Shown piece by piece: positions 18,880 to 27,670 of a DNA stretch of 64,000 nucleotides. The stretch covers positions 4,399 to 68,398 of the forward strand of contig DATION010000005.1 in NCBI GenBank assembly GCA_035473115.1. The letters are read 5' to 3'. The notes below the pieces were generated by a model. The model ran no database searches and was not told where the DNA came from. It worked only from the letters and a program-made list of their open reading frames with translations. Source of the DNA: Candidatus Udaeobacter sp. GTDB lineage: Bacteria > Patescibacteriota > Patescibacteriia > Magasanikbacterales > GWA2-37-8. A program made the translations under genes and the position numbers. Position 1 is the first letter of the stretch. The number at the start of each line of letters is the position of its first letter.

Positions 18880-19764
18880 ATGCCGGAGGGATCTGCCGCT
18901 CGAAAATTAGATACTATATCCCAACAAGAAGCGGGCGATTCTTTGGCTGCCGATAAAGCTTGGAGCGCGGTTGATTTTAGCAAATCCGGCGTCAATGACA
19001 ACGTTCAGCCTTCCACTCAGGAACCGGAAAAAGAAACAGATGCTCCGCCGGAAGATGAATCATCTTTTAACCAAAACGAACAAACCTCTCCACAAAACGA
19101 TTATTCACAAGGGCAACTAGACGACCAACAGCAATTTGAAGCAGCTGCCAACTTGAGCAATGATAAACAACGACAGCTTCGACAAATACAAATGGAAAGA
19201 AAAGCTCTGCAAACAGAACTGGAGGAACTGGAAAAAGACCTAACTGATTTTAAAAACTCAAGAGTAATGGGTTTTTTCTCAATTTTCCAGCCTAGAATAA
19301 ACCAACTTATTGACAGCCTGATTAACCAGCTAAAAAAACAGGCGCGTAACTTGGCTGATGAAGCAAAAGTTAATTTTTTAACGGCTATCCTCGTTACAGT
19401 TAATAGCTTGATCGGCACTCTAACCGGCTTAAAATTTTTTGCCGCTTTTTTGGATGCTCTTTTCATTTCCCAAGTATCTGCCGTAAAGCTGATTGCCAAA
19501 ACACTCGAAACCATCATAATTCCGATCATTCTGCTTTTAATAATGCCGATTTACGTACCATTTTTGACAGTACTCTTTATGATGGGCAAATTTCCTTTGC
19601 TCAAAGGCAAACTTACTCAAAACCTAATAAAGCTAATTGAAAAATTAAAAAAACAACGAGCTGTCTGGGATGCTGAGCTGGCCAAAGCAAAAAGAAAAGT
19701 AAATCTAAAAAAACAACTCAAATCGCTTAACAAATTTGAAAAACAAGTTAAAAAGTGGCGTTAG
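18880..19764 (+). CDS. Hypothetical membrane protein with acidic disordered N-terminus, coiled-coil and C-terminal TM helices
   Basis: ORF plus a hydrophobic C-terminal half. Confidence 0.4.
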   Translation: MPEGSAARKLDTISQQEAGDSLAADKAWSAVDFSKSGVNDNVQPSTQEPEKETDAPPEDESSFNQNEQTSPQNDYSQGQLDDQQQFEAAANLSNDKQRQLRQIQMERKALQTELEELEKDLTDFKNSRVMGFFSIFQPRINQLIDSLINQLKKQARNLADEAKVNFLTAILVTVNSLIGTLTGLKFFAAFLDALFISQVSAVKLIAKTLETIIIPIILLLIMPIYVPFLTVLFMMGKFPLLKGKLTQNLIKLIEKLKKQRAVWDAELAKAKRKVNLKKQLKSLNKFEKQVKKWR

Positions 19765-19797
19765 CGGCTGGATTACAAGTATCTTTTTAAGATTTTA

Positions 19798-19806
19798 TGG
19801 TATAAT
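19798..19806 (+). promoter_or_regulatory. Extended -10 element TGGTATAAT upstream of the 19842 gene
   Basis: Sequence motif only. Confidence 0.35.
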
Positions 19807-19841
19807 ATCTTCTAAAGTAAGCTAAGCTTGTTAAATTCACT

Positions 19842-21071
19842 ATGTCTCTCTCTAAAAGAATCCTGTTAATAATATCTTTTCTCGCTCTTGTAGGCCTGAT
19901 TGGCTATGGATTATATTTTATTTTTACTAGTACTGGCAAAATTGGCCAAGCTCCGCAACTGCCAGCTGGCAATATTACCACCACCGGGCAACTGCCGGTT
20001 TCTGGCCATGCGCCATCAACTACCCCTGGCACAACCAGAGGGCCAAATGGTGAAATTCTGCCAATATCGGGTGTTATCGAAACTACCACTCCGTCTTACT
20101 ATAAACCGGATGCTGTTAAACAGATTACCTCAGAAACCGCCATCTACCCATCTTTAAACACCGGCGGTGACCTCAGATTTTACAATGCAAACAATGGTAA
20201 ATTTTACCGAGCCATGCCCAGCGGCGAGATTAAAACTCTGTCCGATCAAGTATTTTATAACGCTCAAAAAGTTACCTGGGCAAAAAACATAAACGAAGCA
20301 GTTATAGAATACCCGGACAATTCAAAAATAATTTACAATTTTGACGCCAACAAACAGGTAACTTTACCAAAACATTGGCAAGATTTTTCTTTCTCGGCAG
20401 ACGGCGGCCAGATTGCAGCCAAAAGTATTGGCACAGATCCATCCAACCGCTGGCTGGTAATAGTTAATAATGACGGCACCGGAGCTAGGCTAATTGAACC
20501 AATGGGAGATAATGCCGACAAAGTTACCGTAGATTGGTCACCTAGCCAGCAGGTAGTAGCTTTTTCTCAAACGGGCGCTCCCCAAGGCGGAGAAAGACGC
20601 GAAGTTCTTTTTGTTGGTTTAAACGGAGAAAATTTTAAATCAGCTATCGTCGAAGGATCCGGATTTGAACCGAAATGGTCAACAACCGGCAAAAAATTAT
20701 TATATAGCGTCTACAGCGCCGGCAGTGATTTTAAACCAGAGCTATGGCTAGTTGACTCTTACGGCGACAGCATTGGCGATAATCGCCGTTTACTAAAACT
20801 TAACACTTGGGCGGATAAATGCACTTTTAGCAATGATGACACTGCCTTTTGCGCTGTCCCTAAAAATCTGCCGACTGGCGCGGGCATGTCTCGCGATATT
20901 GCCGCCAACAATTATGATGATTTATACAAGATAGACTTAAAAACCGGCTTAAAATCCCCTATTCCTCTAAACAGTAACTACAACATTACCAATATTTCTT
21001 ACGACCCTGGACATAATAAGATAATTTTTACCGATTTAAATAAAACCGGTGTTTTTGAGTCGCAACTCTAA
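19842..21071 (+). CDS. Membrane-anchored TolB-like beta-propeller (PD40/WD40-like) protein
   Basis: N-terminal TM, a Pro/Thr-rich linker, and repeated DWSP/FSADG beta-propeller-like segments. Confidence 0.5.
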   Translation: MSLSKRILLIISFLALVGLIGYGLYFIFTSTGKIGQAPQLPAGNITTTGQLPVSGHAPSTTPGTTRGPNGEILPISGVIETTTPSYYKPDAVKQITSETAIYPSLNTGGDLRFYNANNGKFYRAMPSGEIKTLSDQVFYNAQKVTWAKNINEAVIEYPDNSKIIYNFDANKQVTLPKHWQDFSFSADGGQIAAKSIGTDPSNRWLVIVNNDGTGARLIEPMGDNADKVTVDWSPSQQVVAFSQTGAPQGGERREVLFVGLNGENFKSAIVEGSGFEPKWSTTGKKLLYSVYSAGSDFKPELWLVDSYGDSIGDNRRLLKLNTWADKCTFSNDDTAFCAVPKNLPTGAGMSRDIAANNYDDLYKIDLKTGLKSPIPLNSNYNITNISYDPGHNKIIFTDLNKTGVFESQL

Positions 21072-21155
21072 ATTATATAAACTAAAAAGTTTATATAAAC
21101 TCATTCGCTCGGAAATAATTTGGCAAGCTAATTATTTCACTCACTCATTTCGCTT

Positions 21156-21800
21156 ATGAAAAAATTTTACTTCCTATTTCTTCTTGTGGTAATTATGGCC
21201 GGTTTTCTTTTTTATAAACAAATTATTCGCGCCCGGCAAATCACTGTTCACCGAACTACCGCGCCTTTAATATCCAATAATACCACTTTTATAGCAGACT
21301 CCGGCTCTCAACAGACCCTGGGCAACCCCGGAGCAGCTTTGACAGTAGTTGAATTTGTCGATATCAGCTGCGCTCGCTGCCTAACTTTGCATTCAGCCAT
21401 AAAAGACTTCACTACCAAGCACCCTCAAGACATTCGCCTTATTTGGAAAGATGATCCTAAGCCTGGAGTATTATCAAACTACACTCTGGCTCATCAAGCT
21501 GGTTACTGCGCCGGTCAACAAGAAAAATTCTGGCAGTTCCTAGATGCGGCAATCAGCCAACGCAACGATCTATCCGAAACGGGTTTGAAAAAAATTGCTT
21601 TTAGTTTAAATTTAGATTTAGACAAATTTAGCCAATGCCTCAATAGCCCGACCACCAAACAAGCTATTGCCGACTCGGTTCAGGCTGCCGACCAATTAGG
21701 CATCAGATCTCTGCCGGCAATTTTTGTAAACAACAAACTAATCAATACTGACAAAGAAGTAAATATTGAACAGATGCTGGGAAACTTTACCGCCAAATAA
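21156..21800 (+). CDS. DsbA-like thioredoxin-fold thiol:disulfide oxidoreductase (CxxC = CARC), membrane anchored
   Basis: Signal/anchor followed by an ISCARCLTLH CxxC motif. Confidence 0.75.
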   Translation: MKKFYFLFLLVVIMAGFLFYKQIIRARQITVHRTTAPLISNNTTFIADSGSQQTLGNPGAALTVVEFVDISCARCLTLHSAIKDFTTKHPQDIRLIWKDDPKPGVLSNYTLAHQAGYCAGQQEKFWQFLDAAISQRNDLSETGLKKIAFSLNLDLDKFSQCLNSPTTKQAIADSVQAADQLGIRSLPAIFVNNKLINTDKEVNIEQMLGNFTAK

Positions 21801-21801
21801 T

Positions 21802-23265
21802 ATGCAGAAAAAAAATAAACTGCCAATAAAAATATTTTTGATTTTTATCTTTTTTTTATTTGCTAATTTTGTCTTAAAAATAAACCCCAACGCCAATGCT
21901 TCCGAAATAGGCTGCTGCCAAAAAATCGAGTCTACTCTTGTTGGTGATGGGTCTTTTATTCAAAATTCTATTGAACAATGTTGGCATACGAGACCAGAGA
22001 ACTGCACTTCCTACGGGCCAGGTTTCAGCTGGGAATTTAAACCTGAACCCTGTAATACCATCCAAGAGTGTGCCAGCAATACTCAACCAGCTGCCGAAGC
22101 AAAATGTGATGCCAACGGCTGCGAAGATATAACCCAAGCCCCAACTAATTTTTCTAAATTACAAGCTGATGTCTTGGGCAACAAGCGCAAGCCACTGCTA
22201 GAAATAAATATTCCCGGACTTAATTTTTCCGACTTAGCATCCAGCAGTGATGATACTGGCACTTACATCTACGTTCCTTGGATACAAGAATTAATTTCCG
22301 CTTTATACAAATTCGGGATTGCCATAGTCAGCATCGTGGCCGTCGTAATAATAATTATTCAAGGAATGAGAGTTATTGTGTCTGGCGGCGGCGAAGGTAC
22401 AGGTGAGGCTTACAAGAAAATTTTCCAGTCCATAATCGGACTATTTATCGCCTGGGGATCCTATGCTATTTTATATAACATAAATCCGTCTCTGGTCCAA
22501 TTTAAAGCCTTAAAAGTTAAGGTGGTAGAAAGAGTGGAACTGCCAGCAGTGTTGCAAATGCAGACAACTCAGGGAGATACTCTTGCCAAAACGGATAACG
22601 GAGCAACTCCAGGTACATACACCCCAAGATTTTCCAGCTGCCCAATAACTCTAACCAGCGCCTCAAGCAATGACAAGTTATCGGCGCGCACCAAAGAATT
22701 TTTTGAAAAAATAGGTTCTGGATCAACTATCACCGGAGCAACACCGGCCGAACGTGTTTTACAAATCGCCGACGCAGCTGTTGAATGCGGTATAGCTATG
22801 GGATCATGTGGCCGAACGGCCGGAGAAATTTATAATCTAGCTGGAGTAATAACTGCCGCCTATCCTAACTCAAGCTGCCTTTTAACTAATCATGGCTGTG
22901 AACCTCAGGGAGACAAAGAGGTTCATTCCTTGCCAAGAGCTATCATTCTTAACTCATTAGTTACCCATACCGATGGCACAATAGTACCGATAACTGATGT
23001 ACAAAAATTGGTTTTTGGTGAAAATATTCCCGGCTGGCCAGATGCTTGGGCAGACCAATTACAACCCGGGGATGCCATTTGGGTTTATAATGGCAACGCT
23101 TTTGGCGGAAATCATACAGCTATTTTTGTCGGCTGGGGATCTGGCGGTAATGCGCAGGTAATACAAGGCAGCGCTGGCTTGGCAACTTTTAGAGGCTCCC
23201 TCTGTATCAAAAAAGAATGCGGAGATAAAATGCTGCCGATAATAAAAACTTTCCGACCAAAATAA
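21802..23265 (+). CDS. Cys-rich secreted/membrane protein with a two-TM pilin-like module and a C-terminal NlpC/P60- or CHAP-like domain
   Basis: Start trimmed to the ATG at 21802, just after the upstream stop. Signal peptide, Cys-rich segment, then two TM helices (IVSIVAVVIIIIQG ... IIGLFIAWGSYAILYNINP) paralogous to 47776-49248. The C-terminus PGDAIWVYNGNAFGGNHTAIFVGW resembles the His region of NlpC/P60 or CHAP peptidases. Confidence 0.6.
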   Translation: MQKKNKLPIKIFLIFIFFLFANFVLKINPNANASEIGCCQKIESTLVGDGSFIQNSIEQCWHTRPENCTSYGPGFSWEFKPEPCNTIQECASNTQPAAEAKCDANGCEDITQAPTNFSKLQADVLGNKRKPLLEINIPGLNFSDLASSSDDTGTYIYVPWIQELISALYKFGIAIVSIVAVVIIIIQGMRVIVSGGGEGTGEAYKKIFQSIIGLFIAWGSYAILYNINPSLVQFKALKVKVVERVELPAVLQMQTTQGDTLAKTDNGATPGTYTPRFSSCPITLTSASSNDKLSARTKEFFEKIGSGSTITGATPAERVLQIADAAVECGIAMGSCGRTAGEIYNLAGVITAAYPNSSCLLTNHGCEPQGDKEVHSLPRAIILNSLVTHTDGTIVPITDVQKLVFGENIPGWPDAWADQLQPGDAIWVYNGNAFGGNHTAIFVGWGSGGNAQVIQGSAGLATFRGSLCIKKECGDKMLPIIKTFRPK

Positions 23266-23297
23266 AAATATAATTCTGACTCACTTCACCTGTACCT

Positions 23298-24644
23298 ATG
23301 AAAAGCAATACCATTTTTTCCTGTTCTAACTGCGGCGCTCAATTCCAAAAATGGACTGGGCGCTGTTTAGAATGCGGCAAATGGGGCACAATTACTGAGA
23401 TCCAAGCCACTGCGCAGACTGCCGTGTCTAAAAAAGAACTGGCTTACCCCACAATTGAAACTACAACTTTAGAAAAAATAGACAGTAAAAAATTTACCCG
23501 ACTAAAAACAAACATTGAGGAATTAGATAGAGTTTTGGGCGGCGGTTTAGTACCTGGCTCTATTATTTTACTTGGCGGCGAACCGGGTGTTGGCAAATCA
23601 ACTTTGGCACTGCAGCTGGCCGCTATCATCCCCCATTCTCTTTATATTTCTGGAGAAGAATCGGTGGAACAAATAAAACTGCGGGCCGAACGCTTAAAAA
23701 TTTCTGCTAATACTTTAAAACTCGGCAATTCTACTGCCATAGAAAGTATTATTGAAACTATAAAACAAAATAAAGAATGCAATTTAGCAATTGTTGATTC
23801 TATCCAGACAGTTTATGCGGCCGAAGTGGAAGGCGAAGCTGGCAACATAAACCAAGTCCGCGCCTGTACCACCAAACTTCTGGAGCTGGCAAAATCAACT
23901 AATAAAACGATAATTCTTATCGGCCAAGTAACCAAAGAAGGCACAGTGGCCGGACCAAAAACTTTAGAACATTTGGTCGATGCAGTTTTATATTTAGAAG
24001 GCGATAAATATCATATTTTTCGAATTTTGCGCGCTGCCAAAAACCGCTTTGGCTCCACCGACGAAATCGGCGTATTCTCTATGGAAAGCCATGGCCTGCA
24101 AGAAATAAAAAACCCTTCTGAAGCCTTTCTGGCCGGACGAGGCGAGGCAGTGCCCGGATCAACCATTACCTGTTTAATGGAAGGCAGCCGGCCAGTGCTA
24201 ATAGAAATCCAAGCTCTGGTGACCAAAACAAACTTTGGCTATCCGCAAAGACGAGCTTCAGGATTTGATTTAAATCGTTTGCAGCTGCTGGTTGGAGTTT
24301 TAGGAAAACGCGCTGACTTACCGCTCGATACTTATGATATTTTTCTCAATGTCGTGGGCGGACTGGAAGCTTCCGAGCCAGCCGCAGATTTAGCAGTAGT
24401 TTTGGCTCTGGCTTCAGCTTTAAAAAATAAAGCTATTTCTAAAAACATTGCTTCCTTTGGAGAAGTTGGACTAGGCGGAGAAATCCGGCCGGTTTCGCAA
24501 ACAGAAAAACGCTTAAACGAAATTAAAAAAATGGGATTTGAATTTGCTGTTATTCCATCTTTAAAAAATCCAACTAAAATTTCAGGTCTTAAAATTGCTT
24601 CAGTTAAAAATGTAAAGGAATTGGTGGAACAGGTTTTGAAGTGA
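23298..24644 (+). CDS. radA: DNA repair protein RadA (Sms)
   Basis: N-terminal C4 zinc finger (CSNCGAQF...CLECGKW), a RecA-like Walker A (GGEPGVGKST), and a Lon-like C-terminal domain. Confidence 0.92.
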   Translation: MKSNTIFSCSNCGAQFQKWTGRCLECGKWGTITEIQATAQTAVSKKELAYPTIETTTLEKIDSKKFTRLKTNIEELDRVLGGGLVPGSIILLGGEPGVGKSTLALQLAAIIPHSLYISGEESVEQIKLRAERLKISANTLKLGNSTAIESIIETIKQNKECNLAIVDSIQTVYAAEVEGEAGNINQVRACTTKLLELAKSTNKTIILIGQVTKEGTVAGPKTLEHLVDAVLYLEGDKYHIFRILRAAKNRFGSTDEIGVFSMESHGLQEIKNPSEAFLAGRGEAVPGSTITCLMEGSRPVLIEIQALVTKTNFGYPQRRASGFDLNRLQLLVGVLGKRADLPLDTYDIFLNVVGGLEASEPAADLAVVLALASALKNKAISKNIASFGEVGLGGEIRPVSQTEKRLNEIKKMGFEFAVIPSLKNPTKISGLKIASVKNVKELVEQVLK

Positions 24645-24651
24645 ACGATTT

Positions 24652-24735
24652 AATAGGTGCTAATTTTTTTGTTTCCAAATGCCCTGCGGGCACCCTCCCG
24701 AGGGCGCGATGGAAACTGCTAAAATTGGCACCTAT
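24652..24735. repeat. Palindromic repeat family 2, copy C (inverted orientation) flanked by the 9-bp IR AATAGGTGC/GCACCTATT
   Basis: Its core CCAAATGCCCTGCGGGCACCCTCCCGAGGGCGCGATGG is the reverse complement of the copy A/B cores. The element is 84 nt, the same size as copy B. Confidence 0.65.
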
Positions 24736-24747
24736 TAAATTTAAAAA

Positions 24748-24821
24748 CTAAAATAAATAATAATTTTGCAGTGGCCATGCGATTATGCTCATTGGACACA
24801 AAAAATTATTATTTATTTTAG
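24748..24821 (-). terminator. Long hairpin (perfect 20-bp AT-rich IR with a 34-nt loop holding a partial family-2 core), likely the recG terminator
   Basis: CTAAAATAAATAATAATTTT pairs with AAAATTATTATTTATTTTAG. On the minus strand the hairpin is followed by a T-rich run. It sits immediately 3' of recG. Confidence 0.5.
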
Positions 24822-24838
24822 TTTTGATTTCCAGACCC

Positions 24839-26920
24839 CTATTCCAAATGGGTTTTATTCTCCCAATCTTTTACTTTTGCTAAAACCTGTGGAAAATCTT
24901 TTAAATTTAAAATAATACTTTTGGCCGCATCGCGGGCTTTTTTTATCAAATCTCTGTCGGTTAATTTGGCTAAATGCAAGTTCATTTCTCCGCTTTGCTC
25001 TTTGCCATAAACTTCTCCTGGACCACGTATTTCCAAATCTTTTTCCGCTAATTTAAAGCCGTCACTGGTTTGTTCAAAAAACTTTAATCTTTCTAAAGAT
25101 CGTTGAGAGTTTGTGTTGGTAAATAATAAACAATAAGATTGATGCTGCGACCGGCCTACCCGACCACGAAACTGATGCAGCTGTGCCAAACCAAAACTTT
25201 CCGCGCCCTCAATCATCATAATACTAGCATTAGGAATATCTATCCCAACTTCAATTACGGAAGTGGCGACCAATAAATCCAAACTACCCGATTTAAACTT
25301 AGCCATTACTCCTTCTTTTTCGAGAGGCTTTAGTTTGCCATGTAAAAAACCAATCCTTAAATCGGGAAAAATATTTTCTGATAATTTTTTATACTCAGCC
25401 ATCACAGTTTTTTTCTCAACGCCAAATAAAGAAAAATCTAAACCAGCTGGCTTTTTGTCTTCCTCAGCATCTTTGCTTTCTTCTATAAGCGGACAGACAA
25501 TAAAGGCTTGTCTGCCTTTTTTGATTTGCTCTTGGATAAAATCATACGCCTTGCTTCTATTAGCTGGTTCAACCACTCGAGTAATAATTTTTTTCCGTCC
25601 CGGCGGCAACTCATTAATAATAGAAATATCTAAATCTCCATAAATAACCAAGGCCAAAGACCGAGGAATTGGTGTAGCTGTCATGCTCAAAAAATGTACA
25701 CCCAAACCTTTTTGCTTGATTAACTTTCTTTGCTCTACGCCAAAACGGTGCTGTTCATCTACAATTACTAAGCCGAGTTTTTTAAAATTAACATTGTCTG
25801 TCAATAAAGCATGCGTGCCAACAATAATATTTATTTCTCCGCTATTTACCCGGCCAACAATTTCTTTTTTTACTTTAGCTGTTTGACTACCAGTCAACAA
25901 ACCAATATTTATATTTAACTTACTAAATAATTTGGTTAAAGATTGATAATGCTGTTGAGCCAAAATTTCTGTTGGCGCCATTAGCGCTACTTGATAACCA
26001 TTTAAAAAAGCATCATACGCTGCTATAGCTGCCACCACTGTTTTTCCGGAGCCAACATCTCCGGAAACCAAACGATTCATTGGTTTGGTTTTAGCAATAT
26101 CCTGTAAAATTTCCCAAGTAGAAATTTTTTGTGACTTAGTTAAAGTAAATGGCAAAGATTGTATAAAATCCTTAATTTTATCTTCCTTAAAAATTATTGG
26201 CGCAGCTTGCGCGGCTGATCTTTCCTGCCTAGCCAGCTCTGCTTGCAGCTGAACTAAAAATAACTCATCAAACTTTAACCTGTCAGTGCTTAATTTGAGA
26301 TCTTTATCATCTATGGGGAAATGAATACCTCGCAAAGCGCTTGCTAGCGGTGCCAAATCAGCTTGCTCCAAAACACTTTCCGGCAGCCACTCTTTTATTT
26401 TATCCGCTAAATCTAAAGATTGTTTAATCAAAAACCGAATCTGCTTTTGCGTTAAACCATGAGTAGTCGAATAAATTGGCACCAAGCGCGCAGTGTGAGT
26501 ATTTTTATCTTTAGAAAACTTCTCATAAATTGGACTGGTCAACTTTGGCCCCAACATATCAACCTGAACTTTCCCAGACAAATAGACAATATCTCCGACT
26601 TGCAGATTTTTGGTTATGAACGGTTGATTGAACCAAACTATTCGCAATGAACCGCTCTTATCCGAAACCAAAGCTTCGGTAATTGTTTTGCGGCTGCGAA
26701 AACTTTTTTTATTGGCAATCAACTCTACCTGACCACAAATAGTTACCATTTGTCCGGCTTGCAACTGTGCAATCGGTAAAATAGTTCGGTAATCTTCATA
26801 ACGGAAAGGAAAATAATACAACAAATCCTTGGCAGTTTTAACTCCAAGGTAGGCAAATTTTTTAGCTGTTTTTTTACCCACTCCTCCCAGTTCGGATATT
26901 GAAGTATTAAAATCTAGCAT
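24839..26920 (-). CDS. recG: ATP-dependent DNA helicase RecG
   Basis: Wedge domain, helicase motifs (GDVGSGKT, DEQHRFG). The ORF is trimmed to MLDFNTSISELGGVG. Confidence 0.9.
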   Translation of the reverse strand: MLDFNTSISELGGVGKKTAKKFAYLGVKTAKDLLYYFPFRYEDYRTILPIAQLQAGQMVTICGQVELIANKKSFRSRKTITEALVSDKSGSLRIVWFNQPFITKNLQVGDIVYLSGKVQVDMLGPKLTSPIYEKFSKDKNTHTARLVPIYSTTHGLTQKQIRFLIKQSLDLADKIKEWLPESVLEQADLAPLASALRGIHFPIDDKDLKLSTDRLKFDELFLVQLQAELARQERSAAQAAPIIFKEDKIKDFIQSLPFTLTKSQKISTWEILQDIAKTKPMNRLVSGDVGSGKTVVAAIAAYDAFLNGYQVALMAPTEILAQQHYQSLTKLFSKLNINIGLLTGSQTAKVKKEIVGRVNSGEINIIVGTHALLTDNVNFKKLGLVIVDEQHRFGVEQRKLIKQKGLGVHFLSMTATPIPRSLALVIYGDLDISIINELPPGRKKIITRVVEPANRSKAYDFIQEQIKKGRQAFIVCPLIEESKDAEEDKKPAGLDFSLFGVEKKTVMAEYKKLSENIFPDLRIGFLHGKLKPLEKEGVMAKFKSGSLDLLVATSVIEVGIDIPNASIMMIEGAESFGLAQLHQFRGRVGRSQHQSYCLLFTNTNSQRSLERLKFFEQTSDGFKLAEKDLEIRGPGEVYGKEQSGEMNLHLAKLTDRDLIKKARDAAKSIILNLKDFPQVLAKVKDWENKTHLE

Positions 26921-27156
26921 AATAATGCGGTTATTATAGCATAAAATAGACAATATAATAGCTATGTTAAGGCAAATTTGATACATTGACAAAACTCATA
27001 ATTTGTGTTACTATTATTTGTTGCTCTTTTTATCCGCATAAACTTCCTAGCGCTGTATTCATTATAAAATAGTAAATATAGCAATAGGGAGTTTTGCTAC
27101 AAAAAACAGCTTGAAGCAACAACTCTAAAGATGAGTTGTCAAATAAGGAGAGCGCT

Positions 27157-27507
27157 ATGTCTGGACAATCACTTGAAGAAACACTTCTTGCTCGCCTTGC
27201 GAAAATCAGGAGAACTGATTGCGAGCATATTCCTGGCTTCTTCACCGTAGTCCTGATTGTTAGGCACTACTTTGAAGAATACTCCGGTATTCGAGAAGGT
27301 GTACAAATGAGCCAAAGCTCATTACCGGAGCACCTCATAGCTGCACTCAAAATGGTTCAGAGCCAGAATATTGATGATGGCCGCATTAATACCTTACGGT
27401 ACCTGTACACTACGGAAGTAAGCTGGGGACATTTACCAGATATACAAACTCTAATAGAGAGGATAGCCCAAGACCCTGAAATAATCTTCAGAAGAAAGAC
27501 TACCTGA
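27157..27507 (+). CDS. Hypothetical protein, compositionally atypical
   Basis: Strong SD (AAGGAG) 6 nt before the ATG at 27157. GC and codon usage differ from the neighbours. No recognisable domain. Confidence 0.45.
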   Translation: MSGQSLEETLLARLAKIRRTDCEHIPGFFTVVLIVRHYFEEYSGIREGVQMSQSSLPEHLIAALKMVQSQNIDDGRINTLRYLYTTEVSWGHLPDIQTLIERIAQDPEIIFRRKTT

Positions 27508-27616
27508 CCGCCAACAGCATAAACGATCTGTGACAGGACCTTATCAAAGGCCGTCCCAACTCGTTATGATTATCAACTTGGTAATTATAACGAGGACGGT
27601 CTTCAAAAAAATATTA

Positions 27617-27652
27617 AAGAACACCCATAAAATTTTATGGGTGTTCTTTTTT
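27617..27652. terminator. Bidirectional rho-independent terminator (16-bp perfect palindrome AAGAACACCCATAAAA/TTTTATGGGTGTTCTT with flanking A/T runs) between convergent genes
   Basis: Seen directly in the sequence. Confidence 0.7.
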
Positions 27653-27670
27653 AACTCAACGAAATTCAAA

